A stretch of DNA of 41,334 nucleotides, from positions 1-41,334 of the forward strand of contig CAZSKP010000039.1 in NCBI GenBank assembly GCA_964607485.1, in the 5' to 3' direction. This DNA is from an uncultured bacterium. GTDB lineage: Bacteria > Abyssobacteria > SURF-5. The translations under genes and the position numbers were made by a program. Under the pieces are notes generated by a model, which made no database searches, was not told the origin of the DNA, and saw nothing but the letters and a program-made list of their open reading frames with translations. The number at the start of each line of letters is the position of its first letter. The stretch's first letter is position 1. Shown piece after piece: positions 18,375 to 26,030 of the stretch.

Positions 18375-19760
18375 TTACTCCCCTTCCTCTTCTTTCTCTC
18401 CATTGTTCGGACTTATCCCATATGCTTCCAAGTCGAGAGCCTTCAGCACGAGGTCGTGAAGGCCGACGACTTCGACGTCGTGCAGATCATTGTCCTCGCA
18501 CACCTCGCGCAGCTGCTTCTTGCAGTTGGCGCAGGGTGCCACGAGGTATTTTGCGCCCGTTCTCCGAATCTGGTCGGCCTTGGTGCGGCCGCCGGTGCCG
18601 GTGCGGAACGAGCGGATTTCGTCGATGGAAACCGTTCCGCCGCCACCGCCGCAGCAGATGTTCATGTGGCCGCATGGGACCATGTCCACGTAGTCCTTGC
18701 AGATGGCTTCGAGGATTTCGCGCGGCTGATTGATGATCCATTTCGAGCGGGCGATGTTGCAGGGGTCATGATACGTCACCCTCTCGGGAATGGCGCCCGA
18801 CTTGACTTTCAGCCTCCCATCGACCAACGCCTTGTGCGTGTATTCCATGATGTTGATGACCGGCGGGGCCTTCTTGCCCCCGCAGAAGGTTGGTATCCCC
18901 ACCTTGGCCGAACGCGAGGCGTGGCCGCACTCGCCGATGAGGACTTTCTTGGCCTTCAGGCGCTTCAGCTCTTCGGCTTCCTTCCGAACGATTCGGCACA
19001 GCATCGCGTCGCTGTAGAACAGCCCGTAGTTGATGCCGTCGTAGTACCCGGTTCCGATCGTCCATGAGCCGTTCGTCAGATGCATCACGGCGGCGTTGCC
19101 CATGAGCGTGTCGGGCTCGAGCAGGTAATCGCTGACAGCCGGGAAGAATACGTATTCGGCCCCTTCGACGTCCATCGGAAATTTCGCGGGCAGGTTGTAG
19201 TTCTCCACGAGTTCTTCCTCCAGGAACTCGCATGTGTCTTTCAGGGCTATCACCGGAATGGCCGAGGTGTTGCCCGTCTTGCCCTCAAGCTGCTCGCGAG
19301 TTGCGACCACGAGGGCCTTCGGCACGACTCCGATTTCCGCAAGAATCCAGCGGGCGAGATGGGTCATGAGCCCGTGGTCCACACCCATGGGGCAAGCGAA
19401 CTTGCACCTGCGGCAGGCCGTGCAGCGATACACGGCCTCGGCCATCTGGTCGATGTACTCGTCGGTCAACGTGAAGCTGTTGAACAGTCTCGACCGCACC
19501 ATTCCGTCTAGCGTGAAGTAGCGTTTGTACACCCTGAACAGCAGCTCGGAACGATAACAAGGGACATCCTTCGGGTCGCCGCTCTGGTCGAACACCTGAC
19601 ATACCCCAGCGCAGCGGGCGCACTTGGTGCTCGTGTGTCTGTACGTGTCGAGGACGAACCCGTAGTTGGAATGCTTGAGAATGGCTGAGAAGGCCTCGAG
19701 GAAACGTCGCGGCCTTTCCGCCTCCTCATACGGCTCCAGATAGTAGCTGTATTTTCCCAT
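18375..19760 (-). CDS. HdrD/DsrK/HmcF/TmcB-like cytoplasmic Fe-S protein with CCG domain
   Basis: CTACRRCKFACPMGVD, IGECGHA, VTYHDPCNIAR, ICCGGGGG, VAPCANC; start at ATG 19760 (RBS AGGA, downstream of the sigma54 promoter). Confidence 0.9.
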   Translation of the reverse strand: MGKYSYYLEPYEEAERPRRFLEAFSAILKHSNYGFVLDTYRHTSTKCARCAGVCQVFDQSGDPKDVPCYRSELLFRVYKRYFTLDGMVRSRLFNSFTLTDEYIDQMAEAVYRCTACRRCKFACPMGVDHGLMTHLARWILAEIGVVPKALVVATREQLEGKTGNTSAIPVIALKDTCEFLEEELVENYNLPAKFPMDVEGAEYVFFPAVSDYLLEPDTLMGNAAVMHLTNGSWTIGTGYYDGINYGLFYSDAMLCRIVRKEAEELKRLKAKKVLIGECGHASRSAKVGIPTFCGGKKAPPVINIMEYTHKALVDGRLKVKSGAIPERVTYHDPCNIARSKWIINQPREILEAICKDYVDMVPCGHMNICCGGGGGTVSIDEIRSFRTGTGGRTKADQIRRTGAKYLVAPCANCKKQLREVCEDNDLHDVEVVGLHDLVLKALDLEAYGISPNNGEKEEEGE

Positions 19761-19818
19761 GGCTTTTTCCTGGTGTTGCCGGGGTGGTATTAGAAAGGTT
19801 TCTGACAGCTTTAATATG

Positions 19819-19833
19819 GCAAGTTCCGCGCCA
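19819..19833 (-). promoter_or_regulatory. sigma54 (-24/-12) promoter of the redox-complex operon
   Basis: Minus strand TGGCGCGGAACTTGC versus consensus TGGCACG-N4-TTGC, exact GG-N10-GC spacing, about 60 nt upstream of the 19760 start, next to a divergent sigma54 activator gene. Confidence 0.85.
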
Positions 19834-20002
19834 TCATCGCATCGACTCGCCTTGTAGTGGAGAAAGAGGCAGCGAGAAGGGAACCCAGCATATGCCTTAA
19901 CATCCCATAACAAAACGAGTTACTGACCTCACGAAAATATTGGCTGGCGCCTCGAAAATGCATAGGAATGGGGGTGGACAAGGGCGGCGAAGACATAAGG
20001 CG

Positions 20003-20054
20003 ACGTTCCACAAATGTGACATGTCACGTTATAGGTGTTGAAATTTTGGAACGT
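20003..20054. promoter_or_regulatory. Candidate enhancer (UAS) sites for the sigma54 activator
   Basis: Inverted repeat ACGTTCCA (20003-20010) / TGGAACGT (20047-20054); related 17-mers TGTCACATTTGTGGAAC (minus, 20005-20021) and TGTTGAAATTTTGGAAC (plus, 20036-20052); palindrome GTGACATGTCAC (20016-20027). Confidence 0.55.
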
Positions 20055-20066
20055 TAATGCTACAAT
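20038..20066 (+). promoter_or_regulatory. sigma70 promoter of the activator gene
   Basis: TTGAAA, 17 nt, TACAAT with extended -10 TG; about 50 nt upstream of the ATG. Confidence 0.7.
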
Positions 20067-20115
20067 AGAGGCGGTTCGCTGATTTGGCTCTTGGCAGAAC
20101 AAGAAGAGGAGAAAC

Positions 20116-21453
20116 ATGGTTCAGAAGGAACTTGATAATCGATTCTTCCCTCTCATTTTCGACACGATTTCTCACGGCATCTTCACGATCGATGCGGAGG
20201 GACGAATCACGTCTTTCAATCGGGTGGCGGAACTGCTGACCGGATACACGAAGGACGAAGTGCTCGGCCGCCCCTGTCACCAAATCTTTCGGGCGGATTT
20301 TTGTGAGGTCGATTGTCCGTTGAAACGGAGCATAAAAACCCGCGAGAGGAGCGAGGCCGTGGAGGTGAACGTCGTCACGAAGGACGGCCGGAAACTTCCC
20401 ATCGCCATTTCGACGGCGGCCCTCGTGGACGAGGACGGTCGTGTGCTGGGCGGCGTGGAAATGTTCCGCGACCTTTCCGCGGTGACGGAGCTGCGCAAGC
20501 GCCTGATGGGGTCGTATGTGTTCGAGGACATCGTCAGCAAGAGCCCCTCGATGCACAAGATATTCGAGATAATTCCGCTGGTCGCAAACAGCCAGAGCAA
20601 CGTGCTCATCGAGGGCGAGTCGGGCACGGGCAAGGAGCTCGCCGCGCGCGCGATACACAACCTGAGTTCGCGGCGCGACAGGGCGTTTGTGGCCGTCAAC
20701 TGCGCCGCGCTGCCCGACCAGTTGCTCGAGTCGGAGCTGTTCGGCTACAAGCGGGGCGCGTTCACCGACGCGAAGAAGGACAAGCCCGGCCGCTTCGCCA
20801 TGGCCGAAGGCGGGACGATCTTCCTGGACGAGATAGGCGATGTCTCTCCCGCAATGCAGGTGAAGCTTCTGCGGGTGCTGGAGACGAAAGAGTACACTCC
20901 GCTCGGCTCGAACGAGCCGGTCCAGGCGGATGTGCGCGTGATCGCATGCACGAACAGAAACCTTGCGCGCCAGGTACAGAAGAAGAGGTTTCGCTCCGAC
21001 CTCTATTTCCGGCTTAACGTCGTGCGCATCTCGCTTCCGCCCTTGTCCGAGCGGCGCGAGGACATCCCCATGCTGGTCAACCATTTCATCGAGCGGTTCA
21101 ATGCGCTGCAGGGACGACGGATCGTCAGGTGTTCCGAGCGCGTCATGGCCGCCCTCATGGGATATTCGTTCCCCGGAAACGTCCGCGAGCTGGAAAACGC
21201 CATCGAGCACGCGTTTGTCGTGTGCATAGGCGATACGATTCAACTGGAGGACCTTCCGAGCCACATCGTGACGGCGGTAACCGAATCGTCGGCCACGGCC
21301 AAAGCCCGCTTTCTGCCTCTCGACGACGCCGAGGCGGAAACCATCCGAAGTGTGCTCAGCAAGCATTTTGGCAACCGCAAGCGCACCGCGGCCGAGCTCG
21401 GAATCTCCCGCAACACACTGTGGCGAAAGATGAAGCGTTACGGCATCGAATGA
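20116..21453 (+). CDS. sigma54-dependent transcriptional activator, PAS-AAA+-Fis HTH
   Basis: PAS with C-x8-C-x3-C; GESGTGKE, ESELFG, GAFTDA, FLDEIGD, RSDLYFRL, FPGNVRELEN, AAELGISRNTLWRK; RBS GAGGAG. Confidence 0.95.
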   Translation: MVQKELDNRFFPLIFDTISHGIFTIDAEGRITSFNRVAELLTGYTKDEVLGRPCHQIFRADFCEVDCPLKRSIKTRERSEAVEVNVVTKDGRKLPIAISTAALVDEDGRVLGGVEMFRDLSAVTELRKRLMGSYVFEDIVSKSPSMHKIFEIIPLVANSQSNVLIEGESGTGKELAARAIHNLSSRRDRAFVAVNCAALPDQLLESELFGYKRGAFTDAKKDKPGRFAMAEGGTIFLDEIGDVSPAMQVKLLRVLETKEYTPLGSNEPVQADVRVIACTNRNLARQVQKKRFRSDLYFRLNVVRISLPPLSERREDIPMLVNHFIERFNALQGRRIVRCSERVMAALMGYSFPGNVRELENAIEHAFVVCIGDTIQLEDLPSHIVTAVTESSATAKARFLPLDDAEAETIRSVLSKHFGNRKRTAAELGISRNTLWRKMKRYGIE

Positions 21454-21487
21454 GAGTTCAAGGGCGTATTGCCCGAACAGGTTATTG

Positions 21488-21584
21488 TGGATTCCCCGGT
21501 CAAGCCGGGGAATGACGTCCAGAGTAATTTCAGATGTCCCTGAGTTCTTAACAGCTTGTCATTCCCGCGAAAGCGGGAATCCAG
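21488..21584. repeat. Pair of oppositely oriented GTCATTCCC...GGGAATCC palindromic elements (RS3/REP-like)
   Basis: TGGATTCCCCGGTCAAGCCGGGGAATGAC (21488-21516) and GTCATTCCCGCGAAAGCGGGAATCCAG (21558-21584); the second contains ATTCCC-N8-GGGAAT. Confidence 0.8.
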
Positions 21585-21641
21585 TCTTGTCGTAGAACAA
21601 GTATTTGGCCGACAGGTCGTTCAAGGTTCAACCCGGATACG

Positions 21642-22067
21642 GTGAGGCAAATGCTCGATTTCGGCGTGAGCGCGAAAAAGCAAGAGGCGCTTCGAAAAAA
21701 GATGGAGCGACTCGGGATAAGCGAGAAAGACCTCGTCGAGAAGTTCGTCCGCTCGAGAGGAGCGGGCGGGCAGAATGTGAACAAGGTCGCCACGTGCGTG
21801 TACCTGAAGCATCTGCCCAGCGGCATCGAGGTGAAAGCGCAGCGCGAACGCTCACAGGCCCTGAACCGCTTCCTCGCCAGGCGGCTGCTCGCCGAGAAGC
21901 TCGAGAACAGGATAACTCGAAAGCGGACCGAGGAGCAGAAGCGCCGCGAAAAAATCCGGCGTCAGAAACGCAGGCGCTCGAGACGCGCCAAAGAGAAGAT
22001 ACTCCGGGAAAAGAAGCTCCAGTCGGAAAAGAAGGCGCTGCGCTCCAAGCCGGAGGCGGACGATTGA
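21642..22067 (+). CDS. Short peptide-chain-release-factor-like peptidyl-tRNA hydrolase (ArfB/C12orf65-like); start 21642 or 21651
   Basis: EKFVRSRGAGGQNVNKVATCVYLKH.PSGIEVK.Q.ERSQ..NR; long basic C-terminal tail; no stop-codon recognition domain. Confidence 0.88.
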   Translation: MRQMLDFGVSAKKQEALRKKMERLGISEKDLVEKFVRSRGAGGQNVNKVATCVYLKHLPSGIEVKAQRERSQALNRFLARRLLAEKLENRITRKRTEEQKRREKIRRQKRRRSRRAKEKILREKKLQSEKKALRSKPEADD

Positions 22068-22106
22068 GCTTGATCAAGATTCTTCATTCCTCATAATCCG
22101 CATACC

Positions 22107-22136
22107 TTGACATTTCGGTTTTCCCCAAATTATAAT
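22107..22136 (+). promoter_or_regulatory. Consensus sigma70 promoter of the acyl-CoA dehydrogenase
   Basis: TTGACA (22107-22112), 18 nt, TATAAT (22131-22136). Confidence 0.8.
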
Positions 22137-22244
22137 CGTGCCGGTTGTAGTCCCCCATTTTTGCGGCGCTTGCGATGTAATTCTTTACGCCCTTCGAACC
22201 TGTTTCCCGCACATGCCGAACTTTTTCGGTGGAAGGAGTCAGCG

Positions 22245-23480
22245 ATGCTGCGCTACACGGAGACCATGAGCCTTACCGAGGAACAGATTGCCCTGAAGGA
22301 GGGCATTCACAAGTTTTGCAAGGAGGTGCTTCGTCCGGCCAGCGTGGAGCTTGACAAGCTTGCCGACCCCGAGGATGTCATCAAGAAGGACTCGATTTTG
22401 TGGAAGGTCATGAAGCAGGCCTACGAACTCGGCTACCACGCCGGCGGCATTCCGGAGGAATACGGCGGCGGAGGTCTGGGCGGGGTCGAGGGCCACATCA
22501 TGGCCGAAGAGATGGGCTGGGGGAGCGCGGATTTCGCAATAGCCATCGGCGTCTCGTCGTTTCCATTTTCCGCTGCCGCCGCCACGATGGACGATGAATT
22601 GATAGAGACTCTCGTCAAGCCCTTCGTCGAAGACAGGGAGGCGAAGTATGTCGGCTGCTGGGCGATCACTGAGCCCGAACACGGCTCCGACTCGCTCATT
22701 GTGGGCTCCGACCAGTTCAGCGACGCAGACATCACGTTCCAGACGACGGCCAGGCTCGACGGCGACGAATGGGTCATCAACGGTCAGAAGGCTTCATGGG
22801 TCTCGAACGGCATCATCGCGACTCACGCGACCACGTTCCTCACGGTTGACGCATCAAGGGGAATGAGCGGCGGGGGAGTGGCCGTCATTCCGCTCGACCT
22901 TCCCGGTGTTTCCAGGGGTCGCTCGCTCGACAAGCTCGGCCAGCGCGCGCTGAACCAGGGTGAAATAGTTTTCGAAGATGTGCGCATACCGCAAAAGTAC
23001 ATGATCTTCGGGCCGGATATGTATCCGTACGCCGTCAACCTCACGCTCGCCCACGCAAATGCTGGCATGGGCGCCGTATTCACGGGCGTCGCTCGCGCGG
23101 CGTTCGAAGAAGCACTCGATTACTGCAAGGTGCGCGTACAGGGCGGCAAGCCGCTCATCGAGCATCAGTGGATACAACAGAAACTGTTCGAAATGTTCAC
23201 GAAGGTCGAGTCGGCGAGAGCGATTTCGCGGGCGGCGTTGATATACAACCATGAAACGCTTCCGCCGGCCATCGAGCTGTCGATAGCCTCGAAGGTTCAT
23301 TGCACGCAGGCCGCCTACGAGGTCTCGCACGATGCCGTGCAGCTTTTCGGCGGCTATGGCCTCAGCAAGGAATACACGATAGAGAAAATCTTCAGAGACG
23401 CGCGCGCGTCGCTCATCGAGGACGGCTGCAACGAGGTGCTCGCCCTCGCCGGCGCGAAGGCGGTGCTGGAGAAGTACTAG
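22245..23480 (+). CDS. Acyl-CoA dehydrogenase
   Basis: IPEEYGGGG, CWAITEPEHGSD, WVINGQKASWVSNG, DKLGQRA, QGGKPLIEHQ, AVQLFGGYG, FRDAR..LIEDGCNE; start at ATG 22245 behind AAGGAG. Confidence 0.95.
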   Translation: MLRYTETMSLTEEQIALKEGIHKFCKEVLRPASVELDKLADPEDVIKKDSILWKVMKQAYELGYHAGGIPEEYGGGGLGGVEGHIMAEEMGWGSADFAIAIGVSSFPFSAAAATMDDELIETLVKPFVEDREAKYVGCWAITEPEHGSDSLIVGSDQFSDADITFQTTARLDGDEWVINGQKASWVSNGIIATHATTFLTVDASRGMSGGGVAVIPLDLPGVSRGRSLDKLGQRALNQGEIVFEDVRIPQKYMIFGPDMYPYAVNLTLAHANAGMGAVFTGVARAAFEEALDYCKVRVQGGKPLIEHQWIQQKLFEMFTKVESARAISRAALIYNHETLPPAIELSIASKVHCTQAAYEVSHDAVQLFGGYGLSKEYTIEKIFRDARASLIEDGCNEVLALAGAKAVLEKY

Positions 23481-23529
23481 AAATACCGCGGGAAATAGTT
23501 CCGATGTGGCATAACGGGCAGCAGGCGCT

Positions 23530-24567
23530 TCACCTGCTGCCTTTTCGCATGTAGTCGGGGTCGCGCCTGAGCTTCTCGCGGGTCTCCTCGACCATCGCCT
23601 GAAACGCCAGGTGGTCGCTCGGCCAGGCGCGCTCTTCGAGCGGGCGCGTGCGCATCTTCTCTATCTCGCGCGCGAACTCCTCGGCCAGCGTCGTGCCGCT
23701 CTTGCTCGCCTCGGCGGGCGTGAAACATTCGCCGTAGATGTGGAGCGAGTCGGACTTGTCGCAGTACCTGCCGACCTTCACCTCCCTGCCCGTGGCCTCC
23801 GAGATTCTCTGCGCGATAGTTCTTTGCAAATCGGTCAGCGCATAGGCGTTCATGAACCACGCCCGGTACAAGTCGCGCGAGCGCCAGTCGGTGTTCATGT
23901 TGAGCACGGGCGCGCCCTCCTCATCCACGACGACGCGGCACCAGACGCGCTGCAGGCATGGCGGGTCGTGCGTGGCGGGGTCGGCGGTCGGCATCCACGT
24001 GACGGCCTGAGTCCTGCGGCTGTGAAACGCGGCTGCGGATTTTCTGACGATGTAGTCGATCTGGTCAAACGGCGGCAACTTGATGTCTGCGAGAGATTTT
24101 CCGATGTCGGCGGGAGTTTTTGCCTCGCCCGAATCCAGCAGCGCGCGCAGCCTGCTCGGCGAGAGTAGCATGCCGCGCGGGTCGTCGACGTCTTCCGTCG
24201 GCTGGTACGAGAACAGGCGGCCGTGGTAGGTGTACGTCCACAGGTCGGGGTTCGACGGGTCGACCCAGTGGTCGTGTATCCCCTCGACGACCTCCTGCCG
24301 ATACACCTCCAGCTCCTCGGGGCCGCCGGGGAAATTCTTGTGAATCCTCGGCTCGCCGAACGGCTCGAGCACCTCGATGAGGACGGTGGCGTCTTTGCTC
24401 GGCGGGTCGATGTACGCGCCCGCGGCGTCCCTCTTGTCGTACTCGGTCCTGATGTCGATGCCGTGGTCCCACACGGCGAGCACCGCCTTCTCCCACGCCT
24501 CGGGCAGAGTGCGCGCGGTTATGTGCAGAATGGGAATGTTGCCGCGATTCAGCCTTTTCGTCGTCAT
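23530..24567 (-). CDS. thyA: Thymidylate synthase-family protein, archaeal-type
   Basis: TLPEAWE, WTYTYHGRL, DQIDYIV, SRR.QAVTW, DPPCLQ (catalytic Cys), WRSRD..AW..NAYAL, GRY.D..DSLHIY. Confidence 0.75.
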   Translation of the reverse strand: MTTKRLNRGNIPILHITARTLPEAWEKAVLAVWDHGIDIRTEYDKRDAAGAYIDPPSKDATVLIEVLEPFGEPRIHKNFPGGPEELEVYRQEVVEGIHDHWVDPSNPDLWTYTYHGRLFSYQPTEDVDDPRGMLLSPSRLRALLDSGEAKTPADIGKSLADIKLPPFDQIDYIVRKSAAAFHSRRTQAVTWMPTADPATHDPPCLQRVWCRVVVDEEGAPVLNMNTDWRSRDLYRAWFMNAYALTDLQRTIAQRISEATGREVKVGRYCDKSDSLHIYGECFTPAEASKSGTTLAEEFAREIEKMRTRPLEERAWPSDHLAFQAMVEETREKLRRDPDYMRKGSR

Positions 24568-24585
24568 CTGTCAGTTTCCTATGCT

Positions 24586-25284
24586 TTATGATCGAAGTCG
24601 TGCCTGGCTGTCCCGAAGCAACTGCGATGATGGGCTCCAACCAAAACGCTGAAAAAACTCGACCGTAGGTTTAAGCGCGAGTTCCCGAGGCTCTGAGATC
24701 AATTCTCCCCTGCTAAATTCTTTGATGTAAGAGTATTTCGGCATCGATGTCCGACACACCTGACGCAGAAGGATTATGCCACTCGCATCCGCGCTGAGAA
24801 TACGATTCTGAATATTTTCAACACTTATCTCAATACGCATGCGTTCATCACCCGCATCACTGAGTGCTAGACGGGAAGCAAACTCAAAGATTTCAGTAAA
24901 CCGATATAGCGAATCAATTATTGGCACTTCGGTTCCATGCGTCCAACCTTCGTAAGGCCGCCATAACTTAGACTGATCAAGCCAATCGTTCGTTATACCA
25001 GATAAATGAATGAACTGACCACTCTGATAAAAGCGCCATATCTCAAGATTATGCTCCCACTCAATCTCTTGCCCTATCCAATCCATTTCCCTCTGAAATG
25101 GAGTATGGGAGTCCACATGGGGAAAATCCCAACCTCTTAACTCAACGGCTCTTTCCCGGATGATGTTCTCTAGATCAATGTAATTCTCGATTCGCCTTTC
25201 CACAAAGGCACAAGGACGAATGACTACTCGCCAATAGCCACGCGTCTGTATCTTCTCTAACAGAGTGCTTCGCGTCTCGTTCAT
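24586..25284 (-). CDS. Hypothetical protein coupled to the AlbA_2 gene
   Basis: 232-aa ORF in a low-GC tract; ATGA overlap with the upstream gene; motifs GYWRVVIRP, LRGWDFPH, EIWRFYQSGQF. Confidence 0.75.
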   Translation of the reverse strand: MNETRSTLLEKIQTRGYWRVVIRPCAFVERRIENYIDLENIIRERAVELRGWDFPHVDSHTPFQREMDWIGQEIEWEHNLEIWRFYQSGQFIHLSGITNDWLDQSKLWRPYEGWTHGTEVPIIDSLYRFTEIFEFASRLALSDAGDERMRIEISVENIQNRILSADASGIILLRQVCRTSMPKYSYIKEFSRGELISEPRELALKPTVEFFQRFGWSPSSQLLRDSQARLRS

Positions 25285-25904
25285 AGGTTACTCAATTGCC
25301 TATCGAAGAGAGTCTGATCGCTGACTGCGTCGGGAGCGACTAGGTTTATCCCCGCGGCGCGGGTCTGAGCCACAAATTTGCGAAGGCGTTTTTCGGCAGC
25401 TAGGTCAAGCAGGTCTCGCATTTCCGCATGCGATGGAATTACGGCCGTCTCAGCCTTGTGTCGGCTTCTCACATAGCAAGCCCCATTACGTAGGATGGTC
25501 TCTTTTCCACTAGTGTAATCCTTCTTGCACAAAATGGGAATGTCATCGAATTCTTTCACATCGATTACGATGTATTTCTTTCCCCCGTAGATGCGAACTT
25601 CCACAGTGAACTCTACTGGAGGATCGGCGTAATTGTTTAACCTGTCAGCAACATCATCCTTATTCCATGTAGCAATATCTTTCTCATTCAGGCCAATTGG
25701 GGTTAGTTTCTTATTCTTGTCTTCGATCCCAATTACAACAAGACCACCGTCACGACGGTTTGCCATACCCATCATGGCGCGGCTGACTCTTGCGAAAAAG
25801 CACTTGTCGTCACGCTTGCCTGGCCCCTTCACCTCCACGTCGGTACGCTCGCTACTGTAATGCACCAATTCGTTGATTATCTTTTCAAACTCTTGGTCAG
25901 TCAT
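25281..25904 (-). CDS. AlbA_2 (Schlafen nuclease-like) domain protein
   Basis: E-RTDV-E-V-K (ExxxxExK), MANRRDGGLVVIGIED, YIVIDVKE...P, YVR. Confidence 0.85.
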   Translation of the reverse strand: MTDQEFEKIINELVHYSSERTDVEVKGPGKRDDKCFFARVSRAMMGMANRRDGGLVVIGIEDKNKKLTPIGLNEKDIATWNKDDVADRLNNYADPPVEFTVEVRIYGGKKYIVIDVKEFDDIPILCKKDYTSGKETILRNGACYVRSRHKAETAVIPSHAEMRDLLDLAAEKRLRKFVAQTRAAGINLVAPDAVSDQTLFDRQLSNL

Positions 25905-25991
25905 CTCTCGGTGCCCTGTGGTCTACCGGAAGATCACATTTTCTGTTTAAGCATGAAATCTGCGTCGCGTTAAGCAAATTCTTCCTCAATG

Positions 25992-26020
25992 ACTATACCG
26001 CACAGGGCAAATTTGTTCAA
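25992..26020 (-). promoter_or_regulatory. Putative sigma70 promoter of the AlbA_2 cassette
   Basis: Minus strand TTGAAC, 17 nt, TATAGT; overlapped by a CAGGGC...GCCCTG inverted repeat. Confidence 0.6.
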
Positions 26021-26030
26021 GCCCTGATTT

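Noticed and set aside
14897-19760. Calling the cluster dsrMKJOP or hmc with gene symbols, implying sulfate reduction
   Set aside because: Gene order, the fusion and the absence of dsrAB/dsrC in the window do not support orthology without a phylogeny.
19761-19913. N-terminal extension of the CCG Fe-S protein
   Set aside because: It would run through the sigma54 promoter; ATG 19760 has an RBS.
20755-20772. GAFTDA instead of GAFTGA as a sign of a sigma54-independent activator
   Set aside because: The key F and T residues are kept, this variant is common in PAS-type activators, and a good sigma54 promoter is adjacent.
21548-21826. 92-aa ORF ending WIPAFAGMTSC
   Set aside because: Antisense to the GGQ gene; the ending is just the translated palindromic repeat.
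22107-22244. TTG start for the acyl-CoA dehydrogenase
   Set aside because: That TTG is the -35 box TTGACA; ATG 22245 has a strong RBS.
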